Below, piece by piece: positions 40,094 to 48,921 of a stretch of DNA of 64,000 bases. The stretch is from a bacterium. Its GTDB lineage: Bacteria > UBA8248. The translations under genes were made by a program, and so were the position numbers. The stretch covers positions 2,880,001 to 2,944,000 of the forward strand of contig OZ244799.1 in the NCBI GenBank assembly GCA_965219955.1, read 5' to 3'. Numbering within the stretch: position 1 is the stretch's first letter; each line of letters starts with the position of its first letter. Under the pieces are notes generated by a model, which had not been told where the DNA came from, did no database searches, and was given only the letters and a program-made list of their open reading frames with translations.

Positions 40094-42109
40094 TCAGCCC
40101 GAGTTCTTGAGCACGAGGTTGCCCCACTCGTCCACCCGGCATTCCCAGCCCGGCGGGACGACCGTCGTGGCGCTGAACTCGCACACGAGCGCCGGCCCCT
40201 CGAAGCGGTTCCCGCGGGAAAATTCATCCCGCGCATAGGCGGAACCCTCGACTTCCCTGCCCCCAAAAATCATCTTTTGCTTTCCCATCACGGCATGGGC
40301 AACGCTCTTTCGAGCCTTCGGAAGCCGCTTCGCGGGCGGACGCTCCACTTCGCCTGTGCCCCGCACCCTCAACGTCACGACTTCGACCGCGCTCTCGGGG
40401 CTTGCGGTGCCGAAGCGCTCGTCGTGCAACGCATCGAACGCCGCCCGGAGGCTCTCGCGGAGGTCCACGCCCGTCTCGGGCCGGTAGGGAAGCGTCAGCT
40501 CATACGACTGCCCGAGATAGCGCATGTCGATGAAGAGCGAAAAGGCGGGCTTTGCGAATCCCTCGAACTTGAGGTCCTCGCGCCCTTTTTGCAGCAAGGG
40601 CGAAAAATGGCTCGCGAGCGCTCTCTTGTTCAATCCCGCCAGCGGCAGGAGCACCGTCCGGGCGTAGTCCTTCACCACGTCGGCCGTCAGCATGCCGCGT
40701 GCGGAGAGAATGCCCGGGTCACCCGGGACGACGACATGCGGAATCCCCAGTATCTCGGCCAGGGAGCAGGCGTGCATCGCCCCCGCGCCGCCGAAGGAGA
40801 TGAGGGCGAACCGGCGCGGGTCGTGGCCCCGCTCCACGCTGATCAGGCGGATCGCGCCCGCCATGTGCTGGTTGGCGACGCGGACCACGCCCTCCGCCGC
40901 CTGCCGGTCGTCGAGCCGCAGGGACTTCGCCAGGCGCGCGATACCGGCCTTCACCGGCTCCATGTCGAGCGCCATCCGGCCGCCCAGGAACTGTTCGGGG
41001 TCGAGGCGGCCCAGGAACAGGTTCGCGTCCGTGACGGTCACCTGATCCCCCTTGCCGTAGCATATCGGGCCGGGGTCTGCGCCCGCGCTCTGGGGCCCGA
41101 CGGCCAGCGCGCCGCCCGGATCGACCCGTGCGATGGAGCCGCCGCCCGCGCCCACCGTGTGGATGTCGATGAGGGGGACCCGGATCGGGCAGCCGGCCAC
41201 CTCGGTCTCCGCCGTGAAGCCGACCCCGCCGTGCAGCAGGGAGACGTCCGTGCTCGTGCCGCCCATGTCGAACGCGATGGCGCTCTCGAACCCCGCCCGT
41301 TTCGCCACCTCATAGGCGCCCACGACGCCGCCGGCGGGGCCTGAAAGAATCGTCCGGATGGCCTCCTCGCCCGCCATCGTGCTCGAAATGACGCCGCCGT
41401 TGCTCTGCATGACCCGCAAGCGGCCGGAACCCAGGCGCGACTCCAAATCCTTCAAGTACCTGTTCATCATGGGCGACACGTAGGCGTTCACGCACGTGGT
41501 GCTCATCCGCTCGTATTCCCGGAACTCGGGCAGCACCTGGCTGGACATCGACACGTGGATGCCGCTCCGCCGGACCGCGTCGGCCACCTTCTCTTCATGA
41601 GCGGGGTTCGCGTAAGAATGGAGCAGGCAGATGGCGACGGACTCGACGCCCGCTTCTTTAAGTTTCCCTCCCAGCGCTCTTACGTCCGAAGCCTTCAGGC
41701 GGAGGAGTTCGCCGCCCTTTTCATCGAGGCGCTCCGCCACGCCCATCCTGAGATCCCTGGGAACAAGCGCCGGGGGCTTGCGGTACGCGAGGTCGTAGAG
41801 TTCTTTCCGGTTCTGGCGGCCGATCTCGATCAGGTCCTCGAAACCCGCCGTCGTGACGAGGGCGGTCCTGGCGCCCCGGCGGGTGAGGAGGGCGTTCGTC
41901 GCCACGGTGGAGCCATGCGTGATGTCCAGGGTGACGCCGCGGCCCTCCAGTATCTCATCCAGCCCCTGCAGGATGGCGCGCTCGGGCGCATCGGGCGTGG
42001 AGGGCACCTTGTGGACGCGCACGCGGGCGCCGTCGAACGAGATGAAATCCGTAAAGGTTCCGCCCGTGTCGACGCCGATCCGAAGCGTCTTTCTCGCGCG
42101 CCCCGGCAT
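40094..42109 (-). CDS. Hydantoinase A/5-oxoprolinase subunit
   Basis: GVDTGGTFTD, HGSTVATN, SGPAGG, DMGGTSTDV, SAGADPGP. Confidence 0.95.
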   Translation of the reverse strand: MPGRARKTLRIGVDTGGTFTDFISFDGARVRVHKVPSTPDAPERAILQGLDEILEGRGVTLDITHGSTVATNALLTRRGARTALVTTAGFEDLIEIGRQNRKELYDLAYRKPPALVPRDLRMGVAERLDEKGGELLRLKASDVRALGGKLKEAGVESVAICLLHSYANPAHEEKVADAVRRSGIHVSMSSQVLPEFREYERMSTTCVNAYVSPMMNRYLKDLESRLGSGRLRVMQSNGGVISSTMAGEEAIRTILSGPAGGVVGAYEVAKRAGFESAIAFDMGGTSTDVSLLHGGVGFTAETEVAGCPIRVPLIDIHTVGAGGGSIARVDPGGALAVGPQSAGADPGPICYGKGDQVTVTDANLFLGRLDPEQFLGGRMALDMEPVKAGIARLAKSLRLDDRQAAEGVVRVANQHMAGAIRLISVERGHDPRRFALISFGGAGAMHACSLAEILGIPHVVVPGDPGILSARGMLTADVVKDYARTVLLPLAGLNKRALASHFSPLLQKGREDLKFEGFAKPAFSLFIDMRYLGQSYELTLPYRPETGVDLRESLRAAFDALHDERFGTASPESAVEVVTLRVRGTGEVERPPAKRLPKARKSVAHAVMGKQKMIFGGREVEGSAYARDEFSRGNRFEGPALVCEFSATTVVPPGWECRVDEWGNLVLKNSG

Positions 42110-43125
42110 CAGCGCCTCCTGTGGGGCCAGGCTTCGGGGTTCAGCAGATCGGGGGGACGCCTGCCCATCAGGTAGGCCCTTACGTTCCTCTCCACGCGCT
42201 CCGACACCGCGTCCCGGCCCAGGTCGGTGTTCGTGCCCAGGTGCGGCATCATGACGACGTTCTTCATCCTGAGAAGCCCCGGGTGCGGCCTGGGTTCATC
42301 CTCGAACACGTCCAGCGCAGCACCTCCGAGGCGGCCCGAGCGGAGCGCCTCGACCAGGGCCTTCTCGTCCAGAATGGGGCCGCGGGCGGTGTTGATGATC
42401 ACGGCTCCCTCTTTCATGCGGGCGAACTCCTCAGCACCCAGGAGATGCCGCGTCTCATCGTTCAGGGCCAGGTGCACGCTCAAAAAATCGGACTCGCGCA
42501 AAAGCCTGCCGAAGGCGCGGTAGGAGACGCCCGTTTCTTTCTCCACCTCGGGCGTTTTCCGGTTCCGGCTCCAGTAGCGCACCCTCATGCCGAACGCGTT
42601 CGCCATGCGCGCCACGGCGCAGCCGATGCGCCCCAGGCCGACGATGCCGAGCACCCGGCCGTTCAGGCCCCGGCCCTCGAGCAGCGTGGGCGTCCAGCCC
42701 TTCCACCGCCCCGTTCTGATATACGAATCCGCCTCCGCCACCCGCCTGCATACCGCGAGCAGGAGCGCCATGGCGCATTCCGCCGTGGGTTCGGTGACGA
42801 CGCCGGGCGTGTTCGTGGCCAGGATTCCCCGCCTGGTGATCTCCCCCAGATCGAGGTTGTTGAAGCCGACCCCGCAGTTGGCGACCAGCTTGAGACTCGG
42901 CGCGGCGTCCAGGAAACCGGCGTCTATCTCGTCTCCCACCATCGAGATGAGCACGTCCGCGCGGCGCACGGCGCGCCTGTAGCCGGCCGGAGTCGGCTTC
43001 ACGTCTCTCCCGTGCATGATGAATTCGGTGGAGCGTTTCAGCTCTTCGAAATGATGCGGCGGGAATCTTCGGGAGAGGAATACGCGCGGAAGATCTTCAG
43101 AGGACGCCTTCTCGTTCATCTTCAC
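42109..43125 (-). CDS. D-glycerate dehydrogenase/glyoxylate reductase
   Basis: TNTPGV, GIVGLGRIG, INTARG, LDVFEDEP, PHLG; start at GTG overlapping the upstream stop (or ATG 43119). Confidence 0.92.
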   Translation of the reverse strand: MKMNEKASSEDLPRVFLSRRFPPHHFEELKRSTEFIMHGRDVKPTPAGYRRAVRRADVLISMVGDEIDAGFLDAAPSLKLVANCGVGFNNLDLGEITRRGILATNTPGVVTEPTAECAMALLLAVCRRVAEADSYIRTGRWKGWTPTLLEGRGLNGRVLGIVGLGRIGCAVARMANAFGMRVRYWSRNRKTPEVEKETGVSYRAFGRLLRESDFLSVHLALNDETRHLLGAEEFARMKEGAVIINTARGPILDEKALVEALRSGRLGGAALDVFEDEPRPHPGLLRMKNVVMMPHLGTNTDLGRDAVSERVERNVRAYLMGRRPPDLLNPEAWPHRRR

Positions 43126-44285
43126 AGCCGCTTCACGGCGTCCGCGATGCGGTCCACGGCCCGCTCCAGATTCTCCACGCTGTTGGCGAAGCACATCCTG
43201 AGGTGACCCTCCGCATGAACGCCGAAGGCGGAGCCGGGCAGCGTCGCCACGCCCGCATCTTCGAGGAGATAGTCGGCGAAATCATCCGCGCTCATGGGAA
43301 TTTGGCTCACGTTGGGGAACGCATAGAAAGCGCCGTCGGGGTATTGACACGACATGCCTTCCACCTCGTTCAGGCCCGAGATGAAGATGTCGCGCCTGCG
43401 CCTGAAATCATCCATCATGGCGCGGCTTTCCGTCTGATCCTCCAGAAGCCCCTTAGCCCCCGCCAGCTGGATAAAAGGAGGCACGCAGCTCACCGAGTTG
43501 GTGATGAGCTGGGCGAGGGGTTCGGCGAGCGCCGCCGGCGCGGCGATGAAGCCCAGGCGCCAGCCGGTCATGGCGTAAGTCTTCGAGAACGTCTCGAGCA
43601 TGATGGTGCGCTCGCGCATCCCCGGCAGCGTGGCGAGCGATACGTGCTCCCCCTCGAAGAGCATGTGGGCGTAGACCTCGTCCGACAGGACGATGATGTC
43701 GTTTTCCACGGCGATCTCCGCGATGGCTTCGAGTTCGTTCCGCGTCAGCGTCCCGCCGGTGGGATTGTGCGGGTAGTTCAGGATGAGGAGGCGGGTCTTC
43801 TCGGTGACGCGCGCGCGCAGGTCGTCCGGCGTGAAGCGGAAGTTGTTCTCCTCCAGTATCGGCAGCGGCACGGGCTTCGCGCCCGCATAGAGCGCCACGG
43901 ACTCATAGACCGGGAAACCCGGGTCCGGGTAGATCACCTCATCGCCCGGCCCCGCCGTCGCCATGATGGTGTAGTAGAGGAACGGCTTGCCGCCCGGACC
44001 GACCACGATCTCATCCGGCGAATACGCCCCGCGCCCGTCGCGCCCGAGCCACTCGCACGCCGCTTCCCTAAGCTCCAGCACGCCGGCGGAGGGGCAATAG
44101 TGCGTCTTGCCCGCCTTCAATTGCGCATACGCCTCTTCGACGATGCTCGATGGCGTGTCGAAATCGGTATCGCCAATCTCCAGGTGGATGATGTCCCGGC
44201 CCTGCCGCTCCATCTCGCTCGCCTTGGCGAGGACCACGAACGCGCTTTCCGTTTTGAGCAGGTTCATCCGATCAGCCAGACGCAT
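43122..44285 (-). CDS. Class I/II aminotransferase (aspartate aminotransferase-like)
   Basis: NYPHNPTG, SDEVY, FSKTYAMTGWRLG, GAFYAF. Confidence 0.94.
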   Translation of the reverse strand: MRLADRMNLLKTESAFVVLAKASEMERQGRDIIHLEIGDTDFDTPSSIVEEAYAQLKAGKTHYCPSAGVLELREAACEWLGRDGRGAYSPDEIVVGPGGKPFLYYTIMATAGPGDEVIYPDPGFPVYESVALYAGAKPVPLPILEENNFRFTPDDLRARVTEKTRLLILNYPHNPTGGTLTRNELEAIAEIAVENDIIVLSDEVYAHMLFEGEHVSLATLPGMRERTIMLETFSKTYAMTGWRLGFIAAPAALAEPLAQLITNSVSCVPPFIQLAGAKGLLEDQTESRAMMDDFRRRRDIFISGLNEVEGMSCQYPDGAFYAFPNVSQIPMSADDFADYLLEDAGVATLPGSAFGVHAEGHLRMCFANSVENLERAVDRIADAVKRL

Positions 44286-44300
44286 AATTCATCCCCGTTT

Positions 44301-44906
44301 TCATATCGCCGAGTGAAGAGGCGCGTCCGTCACGACGCCGCACCTCATGAGCATATCCAACACTTCCGGGACGGGCAGGCCCACGACGTTGGTGTAGCTT
44401 CCCTCCACCCTGTCCACCAGGCTCCCGCCCATACCCTGAATCGCGTACGCGCCCGCCTTGTCCATCGGCTCGCCGCTTTCGGCGTAGCGCGCGATGGTCT
44501 CCTCGTCAAGCTCCCGAAAGGACACCTTCGTCGCGACCGCCTCCTCCTGCCTAGAACCCGCTCCCAGAAGCGTGAACGCGGTGATCACCTCGTGCGTTCG
44601 CCCCGAGAGCAACCCCAGCATGCGCGCGGCATCGCCCGCGCCCGAGGGTTTCCCGAGGATTTCCCCGTCGAGGACGACCACCGTATCGGCGCCGAGAACG
44701 AGCGCGCCCGGATTCATCTCCGCCACGCAGCCCGCCTTCGCCTGTGCGCGGCGCATGGCCTCCTCTTCGGCCTCAAGCCCCGGCGCGACCTCCTCCTCCA
44801 CGTCCGGGGGCGCTATGACGACGTCGAAAACAAGGCCCGCACCTTCCAGGAGCCGTTTTCTGCGCGGGGAGCCCGAAGCCAGAATGAAATGCCGAAGCTG
44901 TCGCAA
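44301..44906 (-). CDS. maf: Maf-family nucleoside triphosphate pyrophosphatase
   Basis: ILASGSPRR, GADTVV, GKP, LSGRTH, DKAGAY.IQG, NVVGLP; start uncertain. Confidence 0.92.
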   Translation of the reverse strand: MRQLRHFILASGSPRRKRLLEGAGLVFDVVIAPPDVEEEVAPGLEAEEEAMRRAQAKAGCVAEMNPGALVLGADTVVVLDGEILGKPSGAGDAARMLGLLSGRTHEVITAFTLLGAGSRQEEAVATKVSFRELDEETIARYAESGEPMDKAGAYAIQGMGGSLVDRVEGSYTNVVGLPVPEVLDMLMRCGVVTDAPLHSAI

Positions 44907-44925
44907 GAACCGTACCTGCGGAAGG

Positions 44926-45903
44926 CTAATTGTCGCGATCGACAATGTAGTCGGCGACGTCGCGCAATACGTCGACATGGAAGGAATCCGGCAGAATCGA
45001 GAGGGCCGCCTTCCCCGCCTCCACGTATCCCCGCGCCCTGTCGAGGGTGTAGTCCACCGCGCCGTACTTGGTCATCAACTCGAGAACGTCGTCCAGGTCT
45101 TCCGCCCGGATATCATCCGCGTGAACGACCAGATGGTTCAACCGCTCGAACTCCGCAACCGTGGCCCGGGCGCAGACCCGGAGCAAAGGCAGCGTCACGT
45201 TCCCCTCGCGCAGGTCCTCGCCCACGGATTTTCCCGTTATCCGCGCATCGCCCATGTAGTCGAGGGCGTCGTCGACGAGCTGGAAAGCGTAGCCGATCTG
45301 GACGCCGAACTGGTGGAGCGCGTTCGCGATCGTGGGCGGGCTGTCGGGGATGAGGGCGCCGACGCGGCAGCTCGCGGCGATGAGGGCCGCCGTCTTGCGG
45401 TAGATGACGTCGAGGTATTCCTCTTCGGTGAGCTTCAGGTTGTACATGTTGACCAGCTGGAGCACCTCGCCTTCGGAGAGCAGGGTGCAGGCCTCGCTCA
45501 TCGTTTTGATGATCCGCAAATCGGCGTCCGCGGACATGAGCGAGAAACTCTTGGCGAAGAGGAAATCGCCCACCAGCACGCTCGTCTCGTTGTTCCACTT
45601 CGCGTTGGCGGACGGGTTGCCCCGCCTCATCTGCGCGTCGTCCACCACGTCGTCGTGCAGGAGCGTGGCCGTGTGGATGTACTCCACCACGCAGCCCATC
45701 GTCGTGGCGCGGGGCCCCTCGTAGCCGCACGCCTTGGCGACGAGCACCAGGAGCATCGGGCGGATTCTCTTGCCGCCGGAGCCGATGAGGTAATCGCTCA
45801 CATCGGGGATCAGGACGACGTCAGAATGAAAATTCGCGTGAATCGCTTCTTCCACTTCCTTCATCTCGGAAGCGATTGAATCCGCAATCTCAGAAAATTT
45901 CAT
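44926..45903 (-). CDS. ispB: Long-chain polyprenyl diphosphate synthase
   Basis: GGKRIRP, HTATLLHDDVVD...RRG, GEVLQL, FQLVDD.LD. Confidence 0.93.
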   Translation of the reverse strand: MKFSEIADSIASEMKEVEEAIHANFHSDVVLIPDVSDYLIGSGGKRIRPMLLVLVAKACGYEGPRATTMGCVVEYIHTATLLHDDVVDDAQMRRGNPSANAKWNNETSVLVGDFLFAKSFSLMSADADLRIIKTMSEACTLLSEGEVLQLVNMYNLKLTEEEYLDVIYRKTAALIAASCRVGALIPDSPPTIANALHQFGVQIGYAFQLVDDALDYMGDARITGKSVGEDLREGNVTLPLLRVCARATVAEFERLNHLVVHADDIRAEDLDDVLELMTKYGAVDYTLDRARGYVEAGKAALSILPDSFHVDVLRDVADYIVDRDN

Positions 45904-46108
45904 CCCATCTCCGACTTGCGAGAGATACGCTGCCGCCGGGTTTTCGTTCTTTCGAACATTGTCCCCGATAGCCGCGCACGAAAGCAACTCCATCCATCGA
46001 GGAGGCCCATGGACGCCGGGACGATGAATCGCCCCTTTTCCTCAAGACGAAGCTCGGCTATGTTGCCAGAAACAGGGCGATTGTCCAACCACCCGGAGAG
46101 TTCTTGAT

Positions 46109-46486
46109 TTGAGCAGAAAAATTCGAATCACCACAGGCAACGTAAGCATGGAAGCCGAACTCGCGCAGAGCGAAACCGCGAACGCCTTCTGGGAGGCCTT
46201 GCCGATCACCGGCTCCGCGAACGTATGGGGCGAGGAAATCTATTTTCAGGTTCCCGTAGACGCGCCTCTTGAGGATTCCGCGCGCGAGGAGATGGAAGTC
46301 GGCGAGATCGCCTACTGGCCGCCCGGCAGCGCATTCTGCATCTTTTTCGGCCGCACGCCTGCGAGCGTGGACGAGGCGCCCCGCGCGGCGAGCGCCGTGA
46401 ACCCGCTGGGGAAAGTGAGCGGCGACCCGAAAGATTTCCTGGGCGTCCGCTCGGGGGAGGAAGTGCGCCTGGAGAGAGCATCGTGA
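46109..46486 (+). CDS. Cyclophilin-like fold protein
   Basis: WGEEIYF, GEIAYWPPG.AFCIFFG.TP.S. Confidence 0.85.
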   Translation: MSRKIRITTGNVSMEAELAQSETANAFWEALPITGSANVWGEEIYFQVPVDAPLEDSAREEMEVGEIAYWPPGSAFCIFFGRTPASVDEAPRAASAVNPLGKVSGDPKDFLGVRSGEEVRLERAS

Positions 46487-47736
46487 ATTCCGGTGAGCCG
46501 AAAGACGTCTCCGTCCTCATCCATTACGACGAAATCGGGCTCAAGGGGAAGAACCGCCCGCTGTTCATCGAACGCCTATCGAAGCGGATCGAGCGCGCGG
46601 CCTCTTTATTCTGCGAGGCGAAGGTCAGGAAACGCACGGGAAGGCTCGTTCTCGAAACGAGCGGCCTGAAAAATCCCGACGCCCTGATCACGGCGCTCAG
46701 GAAAGTGTTCGGCGTGGCCTACTTCGCCCGTGCGCGAAGCGTTCCGCTCGACCCCGGCGCGGCGTCAGAAACGGCGCTCGAAATGATCGCTCCCCTCAAG
46801 ACCGATAGCTTCCGCGTCCGTACCCGGAAATCCTTCCCGGCCACGCCCGTCAGCACGCGGGAGTGGGACAGGGCCATCGGCGCCGCGATCCAGGCCAGAA
46901 GGCACCTGCCGGTCGACCTGGATCGCCCCGGCCTCACGGTGCACGTCGAAGTGATCCCCAAAGAAGCCTGGGTGTACGCCGAGAAAATCCCCGGCCCCGG
47001 CGGCCTGCCCACCGGCTCGCTCGGAAAGGCGGCGGCGCTTCTCTCGGGCGGCATCGACTCCCCCCTGGCCGCCTGGCGGGTCATGAAGCGCGGCTGCGAG
47101 GTGGTGTTCATCCATTTTCACGGCGCGCCCTATCTCAGCCGCGCGTCCGCCGAGAAGGCGAAAGACCTGGCCGGCGTGCTGAACGGCTACCAGCTGGGGA
47201 GCAGGCTCTACATGGTCCCGTTCGGCAACCTGCAGAAAGAGATCGTCCTCGCCACGCAGCCCGAGTACCGCGTCGTTCTCTACCGCCGGTTCATGACGCG
47301 CATCGGTGAGCAAATCGCCGGGCTCGAGAACGCCCGCGCCCTCGTCACCGGCGAGAGCCTGGGGCAGGTGGCGAGCCAGACGCTGCAGAACCTGGCCGCC
47401 ATCGAGGACGCGGTGATGATGCCGATCCTGAGACCCCTGATCGGCATGGACAAGGACGAGATCATCGAGGGAGCGAAAGCGCTCGGCACGTTCGAGATTT
47501 CCATCGAGCCCGACCAGGACTGCTGCTCGCTGTTCGTGCCCAAGCACCCCGCCATCCGCTCCCACGCGGGCCACCTGCGCGGGCTGGAATCGCGCCTGCC
47601 CGTCCGGGAGATGATCGAGAAAGTCATCGGCGAGACCGAGATCATCGATTTCGAAGCAGACGGCCGGACAAGCAATCATTCCTTCGCCGAGATTCATCCG
47701 GCTGAGGTGGAGGCTGCGGTCGCGCCGGAAGCGTAG
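46483..47736 (+). CDS. thiI: tRNA 4-thiouridine synthase
   Basis: EIGLKGKNR, GGLPTGS, LLSGGIDS, TGESLGQVASQT, DCC. Confidence 0.96.
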   Translation: MNSGEPKDVSVLIHYDEIGLKGKNRPLFIERLSKRIERAASLFCEAKVRKRTGRLVLETSGLKNPDALITALRKVFGVAYFARARSVPLDPGAASETALEMIAPLKTDSFRVRTRKSFPATPVSTREWDRAIGAAIQARRHLPVDLDRPGLTVHVEVIPKEAWVYAEKIPGPGGLPTGSLGKAAALLSGGIDSPLAAWRVMKRGCEVVFIHFHGAPYLSRASAEKAKDLAGVLNGYQLGSRLYMVPFGNLQKEIVLATQPEYRVVLYRRFMTRIGEQIAGLENARALVTGESLGQVASQTLQNLAAIEDAVMMPILRPLIGMDKDEIIEGAKALGTFEISIEPDQDCCSLFVPKHPAIRSHAGHLRGLESRLPVREMIEKVIGETEIIDFEADGRTSNHSFAEIHPAEVEAAVAPEA

Positions 47737-48449
47737 GGGCGGTTCGCGAACCGCCCGTTTCCCCGACAGGTCGCGACCCCGGACAGGCACAGAGGCCTGT
47801 CCCTACGCCCCGCGTTTCGCAACGAACCCGTAGGGGCGGCCCTCCGTGGCCGCCCTTAACAGAGGATAAAGGCAACCCCCGCAAAAAAGGATCAACTCCC
47901 CCCTTGAGGGGGAGTCAACGAGGCAAGGGCGAAGCCCGCAGGCGAGTTGGTGGGGGGAGCTTTTTCTGTGGCATGTCCCCCCACCGAATCGGCCTTCGCA
48001 CAAACCGCTCGGCCTCTTCGACTCCCCCTCAAGGGGGGAGTTGATCTTGCTCGTGCATCGGGGTTTTTTTACCCCCCTGACAAGGGGGGTAGGGGGGGTT
48101 ATTGCCTTGCCGAAGGGATTGTAGGGGCCGCATATATGCGGCCCGTCGCAGGGCGGCGAAAAATCAGGGTCGCATGTATGTCGGACATGTATGTCCGACA
48201 TACACACCGCTCCGTTCTTCCCGGCCAATCGGGCGGACACGTCGGTCCCCGGACAGGTCGCGGCCTGTCCCTACAGCAACCACGCAAATCGCAACGAACC
48301 CGTAGGGGCGGTTCGCGAACCGCCCGCTTCTCCGACAAGGGCCGTTCACGAACGGCCCCTACGGCGGCTGCGGCTTTCCATCGTCATTCCGGGGTTCAGC
48401 GCTACATGAAGGGCCGTCATCCGCATCTATGTCCGGTGCAGGAATGACG
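47733..48449. repeat. Repeat mosaic (GTAG REPs, family B 47895-48041, family C, degenerate family A 48382-48449)
   Basis: Module-by-module matches to other intergenic mosaics. Confidence 0.88.
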
Positions 48450-48486
48450 GCGGTGGTCGGTTATGACCGAAATGGTTTCTTGATAT

Positions 48487-48675
48487 CCGATAATTGTCGT
48501 TATCAGACAATATAACACCTCTCAAAACCATGTCAAGCGCAATTCCGGGGTCCCGGGAGGAGTTTTCGGGCGCCGTTTTCCGTCTTTTTTCGCCCATTTG
48601 CGGCCCCCGCGCGCCCCGGAACGGGTCTCCCGGCGGAGAACGGGGCTTCCGGCGTCCCGTAACGACAATTAGCGG
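48487..48675. promoter_or_regulatory. Candidate invertible promoter segment bounded by 16-bp inverted repeats
   Basis: CCGATAATTGTCGTTA (48487-48502) and TAACGACAATTAGCGG (48660-48675), 15/16 with a perfect 12-bp core. Confidence 0.55.
48509..48536 (-). promoter_or_regulatory. Sigma70-type promoter pointing away from the lipoprotein gene
   Basis: Minus strand TTGACA-N16-TATATT with TG-n extended -10. Confidence 0.65.
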
Positions 48676-48921
48676 CGGGCAGGCCGCTCGCCTATGGAGA
48701 CCGAGAAAGGTGCGCGCATGCCTCAGGGGTTCGTGTGTCGCGGAAAGACTAATACCAGCCCGGACGATGAGGCCGCAAGTCTGCCGTCCTCCGGGCTGGC
48801 CGAAATACGAATGACCAGTTTGTGAAGGCCCGAAATAAAAGCTCACGAAAGGAGGTTAATCGGAGAAAGCCGGAAATTCACTGAAAATCCCTTTTTCTAT
48901 GTATTCAGGAGGACTCACTAA

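Noticed and set aside
48489-48504. Fur box GATAATTGTCGTTATC
   Set aside because: The spacing does not fit the 19-bp or 7-1-7 consensus; better explained as one arm of the distant inverted repeat, though an operator role is not excluded
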